Assembly (NCBI GenBank): GCA_008632985.1
Contig: QPGO01000095.1
Location: 1-58,219, forward strand
DNA from: Psammoneis japonica
Lineage: Eukaryota
Direction: 5' to 3'
DNA length: 58,219 nt
Every line of letters starts with the position of its first letter. The first letter of the stretch is position 1. The notes beneath the pieces are model-generated. The model saw only the letters and a list, made by a program, of their open reading frames with translations, was not told the origin of the DNA and did not search any database. Below, one piece after another: positions 25,140 through 37,099 of the stretch. The position numbers and the translations under genes are program-made.

Positions 25140-25995
25140 CAGGTCATCAAAATGCCATGCAGCAGATTGTGCTGCCAGAGTTTGTCAAATTTGCCAATGT
25201 GTGCAGGAAATCAGACCAACTGATGTTCTTAAAATTGTGCATGGTGCTGGATGCTCCACAGTGCTTTGTCAAAAAGGTGTCTTTCACTGGATGCAAAATG
25301 CACTCCTCTGCAACTGGCCTGTGTTTCACCTGATCACCCGGGTGTGTGGCAAGAGAGGATGACAGCACCAGCCGGATGGAGAGAGAACACATTGACAGCA
25401 AATTGAAAGAAAACACAGCTCAATCAACAGCAAATCAGACATTCTATTCACCTGTTGAACTCATCCAAGCCAAAGCTGAGCATCTGTCATTCCAAGAGGG
25501 TGAATCTAACACACAGTGTTGTGGGCCCCATTTGATGCACGAGTTGAACCAAAATGTGTGAGCTTAAGTGGCAGCTGAAGCAGAGCGTGTCTCACAACAG
25601 TGTAGATTTGTTGTCTTTTGCAATTGCATGCTCAGAGATCGTCCATGAATGACAACACTGGAAATTTTAAAGAGATGAATCAGCCACACTGTGAAGATTG
25701 CATTTCAGATTATCATGTCTTATCTCACTTTGAACGAGCTGGACTTCTTTGCGGAAAAAGGTTGTTGCTTCCACCACCAATAAGGCTTTGACTTTTACAA
25801 AACCAACTGTGTGAACGCCTTCTTTGGAACGAAAATGAAATAGAGTTTCTGCTCATTTGTGCAGCAGGCCTATGAAGTCAACGAGACGTTCGGAACTGGA
25901 AATGTAATTTATCACACTTGGAGTGACATGCTTAAGTAGATTGTATCCGAGCCTCGGAAGTAGCTCCAGATTTGAATTGGTACTTGGCAGCGGTC
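25140..25995 (+). pseudogene. Decayed 3' fragment of the SAM methyltransferase gene (copy 3), including 3' flank
   Basis: Aligns to about 14180-14998 (NAMQQIVLPEFVKF versus DAMQRIVLPELVKF; QAKAEHLSFQEGE versus QAKAEDLPFQEGE) and to the 3' UTR of copy 1. It has stops and indels, and the 5' part is replaced by the TpA-poor element. Confidence 0.85.
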
Positions 25996-26269
25996 TAAAG
26001 TAGGATTTTCATTGCCGTCCTGTCATCTAGGATTCTATCAATCCCCACAATCCATGAGAGTGCCGTCGTAATCCGTGGGTATAGCCATTCCCGTCTCTGC
26101 AACTCTGAGCGAGAATTCCGAATGAACCTCACCGCGACTTGGTCGACACAAGAATGTGACATGCGTGTGATCGAGCCGGGAGGAGTAGTTACACGAATGC
26201 CCGTGGCAAGCTTGAGGGATGCGCCGTTGCTTATCCACTCAAAACAACCAATGGATGGATACCAAACGT

Positions 26270-27492
26270 TCATGCCAGGGTTACATGTAGTCTCTCATGT
26301 GCCACGTCGAATTCCACCACTGCATCAAGTGACTCGTTCACCAAGTGGTATTTCCAACCGGGGACTTTGAGTGTCACGGATGGATCGTAGAGACGAGGAA
26401 TGGGCATGTGCACCTCGGTGGTGGTTGGATCTGCCAGGAGAGCTCCCATTTGAGAAAAAGTAGATGCCGCCGACAAGAGTAACGTCTTGGCTCGTGTCAG
26501 CGTACAAAACGCATCATACTGATCTCTACCCGTCACAATTTTGTTGTCACACTTGCCTTTACAATGGCTTGGACAGCGTCCGAGTCAACACTTTGAGGCT
26601 GACACACAATCCACAGTGGCCGGTCGATCAAGTTGTACTGCTTCAAAATTTCCGTGTACACGGCAGGCTGAATGGCACCCTCCGTGGTTGCGGATGTACC
26701 ACCAAAGTCACGAATGTGAATCACAACAGCGTCATCTGGAGGAGTGTGAAAGCAGCACGCATCATTCATGGCAAGCATTTCCCGTATCTCGTTCATGACG
26801 GGATGCATCCAATTGTAATGAATAAAGAAACCGCCGATGCTAACGATTTGGACTTTTGAAGTTTCCTTTTGTATTTCTGTCAGGAGCTCGTCCACTCCAT
26901 TTCCATCGCGATCCAATTGTCCGTTTGTCAATGAAATGGCCAAGCCTGCCTCTTCTTGCTCTTGCAACCATTCTGAGTAGTAATTGCGGCTGTCTTTTGT
27001 CAGTCGAAAGGGACCAGTCTTTACGCGCTTTCGTTCTCTGGAGCTCCACTCGGTCGTCATGGCCTTCCACTGCTTTTTGTTTAAAATTTTGTTATTGCTC
27101 TCGTGCAATTGACATTCTCGATAATTTCGTGGCATACCGACATGAGGAAAGCACTCGTAGCCTCTTTGGCTTGGCAATTCACCACTCCACAAGGGTCGAT
27201 ACAGCACGACATTCCAGCATAGTTTGGAAGCAATATATTGTGCAAAGGCAACCTGAATGAGATTATTGCCGAGTCGACCCAACGTGTTGAGAATCACAAT
27301 GCCTTGTTGTTGTCGCGTCTTCGTTGTAGTGCAGTTATTTCTAGAGATTCGTATTCTGGGTGCTGTGCTTGTTGACTCGGAACGCAAGCTCACGGGATGA
27401 AGGAACTGATATAATACACAGGAACCAATCAAGAAGAAGAGCAATCTTTGTGGGAGTCGCCTCTTTTGTCGTCTTTTCGTAGAAAACTTCAT
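26270..27492 (-). CDS. GT11-like (alpha-1,2-fucosyltransferase-like) type II membrane glycosyltransferase (frameshift near 26540)
   Basis: N-terminal anchor; LGRLGNNLIQVAFA, VVIHIRDF and DAFCTLTRAKTLLLSAASTFSQMGALLA match the three GT11 motifs. Confidence 0.75.
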
Positions 27493-27908
27493 CGTGATGA
27501 TCAGTATGCTGTATTCAGTATGTTGAGCTTGACGATGATGAGTTTGAATCCGATTGGTATCTACTGTATCATTCCTCTGGTCGTATTGTTACGGCATGTT
27601 TACATAGACATCATTTCAAATAGTCCTGTTTACGTTTTAGTCGATACACATTGAGAATAAGCAACACCAGGTAAGCCTTACTGTTACCGTAAGCAACAAG
27701 CACATGTAAAAAAACGCGAAAAATCTCATCACACAACACGCAACGGACAGACGTCGGCGCCAATTCTGACGTGGTTTCTCACTGCCACCACCGCCCCACT
27801 GCTGATGCCGACGACCAAAATCGAAAAAGCATCTGCAACAGTTGCTTCTCTGCTTCAACGGGCATATTCTTTGTACCTGAAGTGCTCAATCGCACGGTCT
27901 ATTCTACA

Positions 27909-28482
27909 ATGAAGACGTCTTTTGCTGTTTCGATTTTGCTCGTGTCAAGCGCTTGTGCCTTTGTTCCGTCGCGACCGTCCACCACTGCCCAGCCAGCAGA
28001 CCAATCAAGTACAAGCCTCTCGTTTGGTCTCCCCAACTTTGCACCCAAAAATGACGACGACGAGCCAGAGGCGGAGGAAAAAAAGATTGGCTTGTCGGGC
28101 TTGACACAATTGATTACGGCAGGTTTGGGCTCTCCCTTTTTGGGTGAATTTGAAGGAGTTGAAGAAGAGACGGGAACCATGATGTTTTCGCTGGAAGCCA
28201 ACAATCTTGTGGATGAGGTATGAATACGAACGAAATATAGTATAGAGAGAACGAGCAAGCTAGAATCTGTGGCTTTTTTGTTTGTTTTCTTGTGTTTGTC
28301 GCTTTGTCTCGTTGAAAGTCTCTTTAAAAAAGGAACAACCTGCGTTGCACTCACCGATCTTCTGTTTCGCTGTTTTGCAGAATGGCGAAAGCAAGCAAAC
28401 CAAAATGCCATATTTTGAAAGTGGTTGGGTGGATGAATCAGAACAGAACAAGGAAGGCTTCAAGTTTCCATGGCAAAAGTAG
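27909..28482 (+). CDS. Small plastid-targeted hypothetical protein (intron 28218-28380)
   Basis: MKTSFAVSILLVSSACA-FVPSRPS bipartite presequence. A GTATG...GCAG intron joins LVDE to NGESKQTKMPYFESGWVD...FKFPWQK*. Confidence 0.8.
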
Positions 28483-29143
28483 AAACGCAAGCCCAGCGAC
28501 AGTTCAAGAATGGAGATACAAAGGACACCGTTGTTTTGAGAGATGCGGGTTATAGATATAGAGAGACTTTGGATACCTCATTTGTAGCAATCACGTTTCA
28601 TAATTAGCATCATCTGTGATTGTCAGCTGTCCCCGATAGAGGCAAGCAGTGTCGCTTTAAATGGATTTTTGGTCGAGTCTTAGCCCTTCAACAACCGGAG
28701 ACCTCCACACTCTGAAATAAGCTAAGACATTGTCGATCGAAAGAGAACGTAATGGTCACGTGTATGTATTCACATGTTAAACGGAGCAGCCCACGTGTTC
28801 GACTCCTTTCAAATAAAAGGTAGAAAGTAGCTACTAATTACTCTAATTTGAAATTCCAGTTTGCCGCGGCGGGACGATGCGATGCAACGAAGCTGGTGTG
28901 ACGTTTTCAGTCGTGAAGCGGGACTGTTCCCTGTAGCTGTACGTATCGTCGTACTAAAGCTAAGTCGTGAGACAAATTGAGTAAATTTCTTATCCAGACT
29001 TGAAGATATCAAAACAAGCTTCACTCAGCACGTCGTCTCCAGTCGTGCTTCACCTACCGGTACGACTCTTCCAAACACGCGCCATTCCCCTTACACTTTA
29101 TGTATCAACCACAACTGCCGGTTAGCCAACATCGAAGTCACTA

Positions 29144-29217
29144 GCTATGGTAGCTTAATTGGGGAGAGCGTTCGATTAAACATCGTTTGGTTCCCGGTTC
29201 AAATCCGGGCCGTAGCA
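29144..29217 (+). tRNA. tRNA-Phe-like gene with AAA anticodon (atypical or pseudogene)
   Basis: Acceptor GCTATGG/CCGTAGC + A; D arm GCTT-AATTGGGGA-GAGC; anticodon arm TTCGA-TTAAACA-TCGTT (only 3 of 5 pairs); T arm CCCGG-TTCAAAT-CCGGG; T5 Pol III terminator at 29224-29228. Confidence 0.75.
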
Positions 29218-29460
29218 AATCACTTTTTGCTGCTGTGATGGATGAATGCAAAAACCAGACTCTCCGATTCAAATAACACCAAGAACGCATTCATAGCAAT
29301 TCCTTTGTCAGCTTTACAGCGTGACCTACACTTCTTTTTATCATGTGGACAAGCAACAAAATTGTGGTGTAATGGAATCTTTGGAGCAGCAAACATTGAA
29401 TCACCGAGACATCATTCACGCATCTTCTCTATCCAATCATCGGATTCGCCCCGACCCACA

Positions 29461-29711
29461 CATCGATATCCTCCTCCATTCCGGATGCAAGGATAAACCC
29501 TGTGTACGAGCAATATCTTGTGACCATGTACAGTTCTGTGCATCCTGTCGACATGGCATATTCACGAGTTGAACCCGAGAGAGCCATATATACCCCTACC
29601 CGATCCATGCATCGATATCCTCCTCCATTCAGGATGCAAGGATAATTATGGTATACGGGAAATGTCTTTTGACCATGTATTTCGCTCTATGTATCCCACC
29701 GACATGGCACA
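29461..29711. repeat. Imperfect direct repeat, ~100-bp units 149 bp apart
   Basis: catcgatatcctcctccattc(c/a)ggatgcaaggataa...gaccatgta...cgacatggca at 29461 and 29610. Confidence 0.8.
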
Positions 29712-29982
29712 CTGTAGAAGACCGCGCTCCCCGAAAGTTCGACTCTGAGCTGGAGATAATTTGTGCAAAAGCCACCTCTCGTTTGCGATTGACGTGCAAC
29801 CGCAACACTGCACACTGCACGCGAGAACATTGCATTTGATGACGCCGCGCGGCAGATTCAAGATTCCACGATTGAAAATGATGAAAGCCGGGCAGAAAAT
29901 GCGACATAAGAGATAGGGCGACCATTTTTTGAGTCACAGCTTTATTTCGCTGCAGTAGATAGGAACGAGCATCACGGTAACG

Positions 29983-31625
29983 ATGGCAAAGTTGAGGATA
30001 GTGGCAATCCCATTCATGCTTACCATTCCAGGGTCGCTGTCCTTTGTCCCGGCTCATAATGTTAAGATGAGGCAGGGTTCATTTCTTCCTTCGACACTGG
30101 CATCCACAGCTAGGTTCGATCTAGAGAAAGCAATCCACGAGGAACCGATCGAGGTCTGGAGAGCCTTTCAACGAGATGAAGATGGCTTCGAATCTACGGC
30201 GACGTTACACCCAGAGAATGCAAGACAAGACGTTTCATCGCAAACTCCTGCTGAAAAAGAAGACGTAAAATTTGAGTGCGACGAATCAGTCCAGTTCTGG
30301 CGAGACTTTCAGCGAGACGGCTTCCAATCTGCAGATTCTAACCTTCGAGAAATTATGAGAATCACAAGAGATTTTATGCAGTCGGGTCCAGACGGCTTGG
30401 ATTATTGGTTGGTGAGCAGGAGAATGAGGGTGCAACTTGTGTTTTTGCGCAATTCGCTCTCTTACACACATGCTCTTTTTTGCTTCGATGCTTTATACTT
30501 TGTTCATAGCGTCACATTGGTCGCATAGGTTACTTTTTCGTTAATGCTATTCTCGGGATTCTGGCCTCGAGCCTTGCACAACGCTTCGAGGGAAGCGCAA
30601 CCGCAAAAAATCCATTTCGAGAATTGGATATATCAATCGTATCGGAAACCGTTTTGGAATCCTCGCTTTGTTTCGAACAAGACTATAAGCGAATCAAAAA
30701 GGGACTCTATCCGAAACCTTGGGACATGTATTACAACACTCGGCAAGCAAGTCCTATTTACGCTGCCACTCAGACGAGTCGATTCATCAAGGAAGCCATT
30801 GCTACCCATCAGCGACGAGTCCATGGCACCAGCAAAGACAAGGCGATTCACCTCTCTAGCGACGAAAAGTCATCATTTGCCTATCCTGAGTATTATCAGA
30901 CTGCCTTTCACTATCAAACCAATGGATGGATGTCAGAACGGTCTGCCAATGTCTACGAAACATCAACGGAAACCCTATTCGTAGGTCGGCAAGATGCCAT
31001 GCAGCGGATTGCGCTACCAGAGTTGGTCAAATTTACCAAGGAACGCAAGAAGTCACTCGACAGACCTGTCAACATTCTTGAAATCGCATGCGGCACCGGA
31101 CGCTTCATGACGTTTTGTCGAGATTCTCTTCCACTGGATACGAAATACACCGCAATTGACCTGTCGCCTTATTATCTAGATATGGCTCGAGAAAATGATG
31201 CCAACTGGAGAACATGTCGTCAACAACTCGAAAGAAAACGGCACGAAAGCGGAGTAGACATTCCAGAAGCTGCAATTCTCCAAGCCAAAGCGGAGGATTT
31301 GCCATTTCAGGAGGGTGAATTTGATGCAGTGGTATGCAACTACTTGTTTCACGAGTTGCCACGAGCGATTCGAGCTCAAGTGGCATCCGAAGCAGCACGT
31401 GTCACTCGACTGGGTGGATTGGTTGTCTTTTGCGATTCCACCCAACTTGGTGATCGTCCCGTTTTTGATGATAGGGTGGGCCGCTTTACAGAGATGAACG
31501 AACCGTTCTATGTTGATTACATTTCGGATGTCGTGTTTGATCACTTTGAACGAGCTGGACTTGAATGCGGAACAAAGATGGTGGCTTCACTTTCCAAATC
31601 ATTGACTTTCACAAAGCCATCTTGA
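29983..31625 (+). CDS. Class I SAM-dependent methyltransferase, plastid-targeted (copy 2, intact; intron 30412-30509)
   Basis: Paralogue of 13229-14820 with the same intron position. GSLS-FVP presequence; ILEIACGTGRF and YLFHELP; spliced frame is continuous. Confidence 0.9.
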
Positions 31626-32064
31626 GCCGACGTGTCATTTTGCTATATGGGGGGATTACGTATAAACGTATCATCGGTCATCGGGGGTCTTCTATAAGCT
31701 ACATCCGTTCTCTGACATTTTCGATAGAAAGAAAAAGCAATGGTCACGTGTGCGTATGCATGTTCACATGCTAAACTGAGCAGCCCACGTGTTCGCCTCC
31801 TTTCAAATGCAACACGGATCAAACGAGACCGTTGCTGTTGAATGAGAGGTCGTCGCTCGACGACACGCCGCCTACTCTAGCTACAACTAGTAGCTGCTTA
31901 GAGGGCTACTATCTATTCTCTAATCTAAGCTACTACTAGGCCTCTCTCTATCAACTTAGTAGTACCCAACTTTAGCGTATGTCCTATGGTATTCCTTAGA
32001 TAGCACTAATCTACAATTCTTTGTTGTATTGTCTACATTTATCCTCCACAATAACAACTACTAT

Positions 32065-32718
32065 CTAGTTTGCCAACTCATTTTTGTTGGGTGTCTTGGC
32101 ATGTGGCTTGCAATGATATTCATACGGGGCCGTAAGCGGATCAATGAGTGGTTTCAAATGCCCATCCTTCAAACTGTAAATCCAAGAATGAATCTCAATG
32201 AGTTGTCCTCGTTCCCACGCCGATCGCAACACGGGAGTCCGACTGACATTTTGAGCCTGTACCACGACATTGAGCTCACACAACCGATCCAACTTTTCTT
32301 CTCCATACAAGGCACTCAATTCCTCCTCATTGATGGCTTCGACATCTTGAATATGACGTAACCAATTATCAATCAATCCATGAGGATGCGATTCGGTTGC
32401 CGCCTTGATGCCACCGCAACCATAATGTCCCACCACCATGACGTGACTGACTTTTAACACTTCCACGGCGTATTGTAAAACCGAAAGCAGATTCAGGTCC
32501 GTGTGTACCACCATGTTGGCAATGTTTCGATGAACAAAAACTTCTCCCGGCATTAATCCCGTGATTTGGTTGGCGGGTACGCGAGAATCCGAACACCCAA
32601 TCCAGAGATAATCCGGTGATTGCTGTGCGGCGAGTCCAGGAAAGTATGTGGGATCATTCTTGGCGGTTTTCTCGGCCCATTCCCGATTCTGTTCAAGGAG
32701 TTTAAAGAGAGTCGGCAT
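32065..32718 (-). CDS. can: Beta-class carbonic anhydrase (Can/YadF-like)
   Basis: Zn ligands WIGCSDSR and GHYGCGG, plus EVFVHRNIAN and QYAV. Intact, intronless, 217 aa, no presequence. Confidence 0.93.
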   Translation of the reverse strand: MPTLFKLLEQNREWAEKTAKNDPTYFPGLAAQQSPDYLWIGCSDSRVPANQITGLMPGEVFVHRNIANMVVHTDLNLLSVLQYAVEVLKVSHVMVVGHYGCGGIKAATESHPHGLIDNWLRHIQDVEAINEEELSALYGEEKLDRLCELNVVVQAQNVSRTPVLRSAWERGQLIEIHSWIYSLKDGHLKPLIDPLTAPYEYHCKPHAKTPNKNELAN

Positions 32719-33083
32719 GATAGAATAGAATAATAGAAGGGTCTTGTTATTGTTGTTGTTGTTGTTTTCGCAGAGTTCTCATTGGTTTTCATGAACTGCT
32801 TGTTCGGAAAAGAGAACTTCAACTGGAGAACGAAGAACAAAATTCGGTGGCGGCAAAGATAAAGATCTTTGGGAGTTTGCTTGTCCGAATAAATCTTGGT
32901 CGGATTTAGATGTGACAGCACATGATCCGATTTCTCATCAATTTGCCACGTCATTTCCACGTCACTAAAAACAAAACAAAATTTCGATCGTGATGAAGAC
33001 TGATGCGAGATGTTGTTACTGTATTGCTGCGTTGCTGTTCCTTATCGTTGCAACAATAAGCACTACTTACTAACTACTACATC

Positions 33084-34672
33084 ATGATGGGACAAGACAA
33101 AGCAATCCTCCTGTGTTTCTTCGTCTTTTTGTTGTTTGAATTCTCCACGTGCTTTGTTGTAAGGACTACTCCTCACAATACAAAGCACAATCAAGTTGTT
33201 GCTCCGTTGAATTCTCAACAAGAATCCCTTACAAACACTGCTGCTACTACATCAACAAAAGATGATTGGTGGAAGATTTTGAATTCCAATATCAACACGA
33301 CGTGGCCGAACGGATCCGTCATGAATTTCCCATTTTAAATTCCACCACGGACCAGGGCAAACCGATTGTGTATTTGGATTCGGCCGCTACCTCACACAAA
33401 CCCAATTCCGTCGTGAAACGATTGGTCCAATATTATCAAGAAGAAAATTCCAATGTTCATCGTGGTGCACATGCACTCAGTCGACAAGCCACAGCGGCAT
33501 ACGAACAAGCTCGTGATGTGATTGCCGAGATTATAGGTGCCAACAGTCGAGACGAGGTAATTTTTACCAGTGGCGCTACGGAAGCGATTAATTTAGTGGC
33601 ACAAACCTACGGACGTGCCTCTCTAAAAGAAGGTGATGAGATTGTCACAACCGTCATGGAACATCATTCCAACTTTGTACCGTGGCAAATGTTGGCAAAC
33701 GAAAAGAATCTCAAGATAAAGTATATTCCCGTGAATACCGAAACGGGTGAATTGGATTTGGAAGAAATGGAAAACGTATTGAATGAAAAAACCAAACTCG
33801 TGGCATTCCAGCATGTATCCAATGTCATGGGATGCATCCATCCCATTGATAAAATGGTATCCTTGGTCAAGAACAATTCTCCGAACGCGAAAATTTTGTT
33901 GGATGCCTGTCAATCCATTCCACACTTTCAAGTTTCCGTCAAGGATTTGGGTGTGGATTGGGTCGTGGCCTCGGGACACAAGGCGTGTGGACCGACGGGA
34001 TCGGGGTTTTTATGGGGAAATTTGGAGTTATTAAATGACAATACCAAAATGCCTCCATTCATGGGTGGCGGTGAAATGATTGATACCGTTTCTACAGAGG
34101 GAGTGTCGTTTGCCAAATCACCAGCCAAATTTGAAGCCGGTACTCCACCCATTGCCCAAGCCATTGGTATGGCAGCGGGATTTCAATACTTGGCGGATAT
34201 TGGTTGGGACAAGATTGAAGCGTACGAACACGAAATGGCAAACTACTTGTACAAACGATTGAGTGATATCCCGAAGTTGAAATTTTGGGTCCCTCCAAAA
34301 CCGTGCCGCCCTTTGTAGCATTGTTTCGGATAAAATTCATGCCAGTGATTTGAGTTCCTTTTTGGATATGGAAGGTATTGCCATTCGAGCGGGACATCAT
34401 TGTTGTCAACCACTTCATCAACATTTGGGACATTCGCATTCGGCAAGGGCGTCCTTGTATATTTACAATACCAAAGAGTGAGTATGAATAGTGGGCAATG
34501 TGTGTTTTGCATTTTTTGCGCTCACAATATACTCTCTACTACACTTTCTTTTTGCAGAGACATTGATCGATTTATAGAAGAGTTGGAAAAGACACTTGAA
34601 TTCTTTGATAACCTTGGTTCGGAAAGCCAAGACGGAGCAGGCGGAGACGATGATTTTGTACCATTCATTTAG
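33084..34672 (+). CDS. sufS: Plastid SufS-type cysteine desulfurase (frameshifts near 33280 and 34290; intron 34478-34557)
   Basis: [21 protein letters not shown]-binding SGHK, FEAGTP and [11 protein letters not shown]. Signal peptide ending STC-FVV. Confidence 0.92.
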
Positions 34673-34873
34673 AGAGATTGATTCTTTTACAATTGTTTAA
34701 AACACTGCACGAGATTATCATGACTACATCATTAGCCTTTAGCAGTATGGTTGTCAATACTAGTAGTTAACGTCATGTTGAAACCAACGCGGGAACAAGT
34801 TGTTGTTGTTGAGACGATTCATTGATGTCACTCTTGGTACTACTACTCGAGTCGGACGTCGAAAAGGGCCGTT

Positions 34874-36787
34874 TCAATGTTCGTACAAACCACTGAAATA
34901 CATGGCGGGTACTCTCCAGGGTCGCAATTGCCGTAATTTCTTGGCTCGCTTTTTCAAGGGCTCCATTATACTATTGGCAGTTGTCAATTGAATCAATTCC
35001 AATACACCATTCAACGGTCTCAACACGGGATCATCTGCCGATGTGTCTTGAAATTCCAAAGCCAACGTGGAGGCGGCTTGTGTTGCCGCTTCCGCGTCCA
35101 CTTGACACCGTGCCTTCGAGACGGACGCGGCAGCCGCAAAGAGTGCAGCAAGAGCAGGAAAGATGGAAACGAGTGCCACTTGAGACGAGACGCCCACGAT
35201 ACCACCCACACCGGCACCCGCTGCAGCGACGGCGTGTTTGGTAATGGGCAATTCGACAATGGCCGCCGTAGCGGCAGCACACAGACCCGATAAGGCACTC
35301 GTAAAGGGCAAAACGGCGGCACTCCGGGCACCCTGATTGGCGTACGTGTCACACACGGCGGCACTCCGGGATTTGAGAGCGACCGCATCCGTGGCACGAG
35401 CCAAGGTGTGTTCGGCTCGTGTTAAAAAGTAAGCCGATTGGACCGCACCCAAGGCGGCCGCGACAATGGTTTTGGTTGGGAGTGTACCGGAATAAAGGCA
35501 CCGACAATGGGCGCGGGAAGGACACTGAGCGAAAAGGATTTCCATTTTTCAAAGGTCCCTTTGGAATTGGATTCCATTTGTTCCGTTGTTGAGAGCCACG
35601 TTCGTCCCACCAAACCGCTCTTGGCAAAACGCCGATTGCCGACACTGGTGGCACGCTGTGCGTATAATTTGCATTCTTGAAATGCCAAACTCGCCACGGC
35701 GGCAGCCAAGACGGAAATTAACGGACAACACAAGTACAGCTCCGTCACCATGGGTACGGTTCGGTCCACGAGGCCCAACGAATCCAACAAGACGGGAACC
35801 AACAGAGCAAACGAGGCACACGTGGCACCAATACCCACGCAAAGTGGAATGATGGCTTTGGACCGTTCTGAATTGGCCAAAAAGCCTTCCGCTTCGGCCG
35901 CACACTGAATTGTAGCTGCAGCAACCTCCTTGCCATCGGCAACTGCAACCTTGCCCACGTATTCGGCACCAATTCCAATGCATGCGCAGACTGAATCGTA
36001 ATGTACAAATTTTTGTAGAGCAAGGGTGAGTCAACAAAAAGGAGAAAATGATGCACACTCCAATAGACATTCATTTCATTTCATACTTACACGCCGCCGA
36101 GGCTGGTGCCAAGAAATTGGTAACTTCACCACCCACCAACGGTCCCGATCCCGCCGCAACCACCGATAAACTCAAAAGTGTCAGCTCCAACGGAGACAGC
36201 TGTGGCTTTTGGCCTGCCAGCGTATCTAGCATTTGCACTATTGAAAAGGGGATAAAAAAAGTAAAATAGGGTGTGAGAATGCAATGTATTGAACCCACAT
36301 CATCACCACCAGCCAACAAGAAAACTCAACTGTCTCTTTCTAGATTTGCCAGAGCTTTCCATACCACTCGTTCGTTGGGAGGCATGTCACTACTAGTGGA
36401 AGAAATCTTGGCAGTTGGAGAAAGCGAGACTTCTTGCTGAATTGTAGTACTGTCGGAATGTTTGAGTTGACTTGAAAGGAGTGGCGCGGGTTCTTCTTCG
36501 GCTGAAGCCGCCGCAATGCGAGACGCCAAGGATTCCACCTGTTTGAGGGCAGAATCACCAATGGATTGTGACCAACCACCGCCGCCTGCTGTTGTTGCTG
36601 TTGCAGTATTGTCATTATGGATTTTGCTCGATTGGAGTGCCGTTGTCGGTTGAACAAAAGATGTTTGCTGAATTGTTGAAAAGGAAAAAGAATGAACCGC
36701 TTGATGTATCAACAGGAAGCAGAATAATAAAACGAAATATCTTATTGTATTCCACCAGAGATTCATCTTTGCTCCTCTTGGGATCAT
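34874..36787 (-). CDS. Hypothetical Ala-rich multi-pass membrane protein, probably plastid-targeted (introns 36330-36238 and 36090-35991; frameshift near 35490)
   Basis: Signal peptide ending VHS-FSF; two GT-AG introns that keep the frame; hydrophobic helices; no family recognised. Confidence 0.7.
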
Positions 36788-37099
36788 GAGAACAAAACGG
36801 AAAGAAATTAACTAAGATATGTGTAATGCAGATAGTCAGTGATTGTCATGACTCATTGCGATGGATGAGCGATGCCAACGAATGCAACTACATTCTTTAT
36901 TACCGGTATTCCCCTTCGCGTCCGTCGTTTTCGAAAAATTGAAGTGATTTTTTGCCTCCGACAATGTACGTCAGTCACGATGTGAGTTTGTCTCCGACTA
37001 TTCAGAAAGGGATTGCCGCATCCGAGCCACAACCGGCACAAGCCGGAAAGACCGCAGAAGCAAGGAGACCTCTAAAAAATTTCAATTCAAGTTTCAAAG

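Larger units (their letters stand above)
28725..31808 (+). repeat. Pair of ~90-bp imperfect direct repeats (about 28725-28814 and 31715-31808) flanking the tRNA and methyltransferase copy 2
   Basis: Both copies contain aatggtcacgtg ... ttcacatg ... gagcagcccacgtgttcg.ctcctttcaaat. Confidence 0.75.

Noticed and set aside
29144..29217. Suppressor (TTA) or Leu (TAA) reading of the tRNA loop
   Set aside because: The stem register places T33 before AAA, and there is no long variable arm.
31860..32030. CTA/TAG-rich low-complexity tract
   Set aside because: Lies between convergent gene ends with no periodic unit; likely ordinary 3' region sequence.
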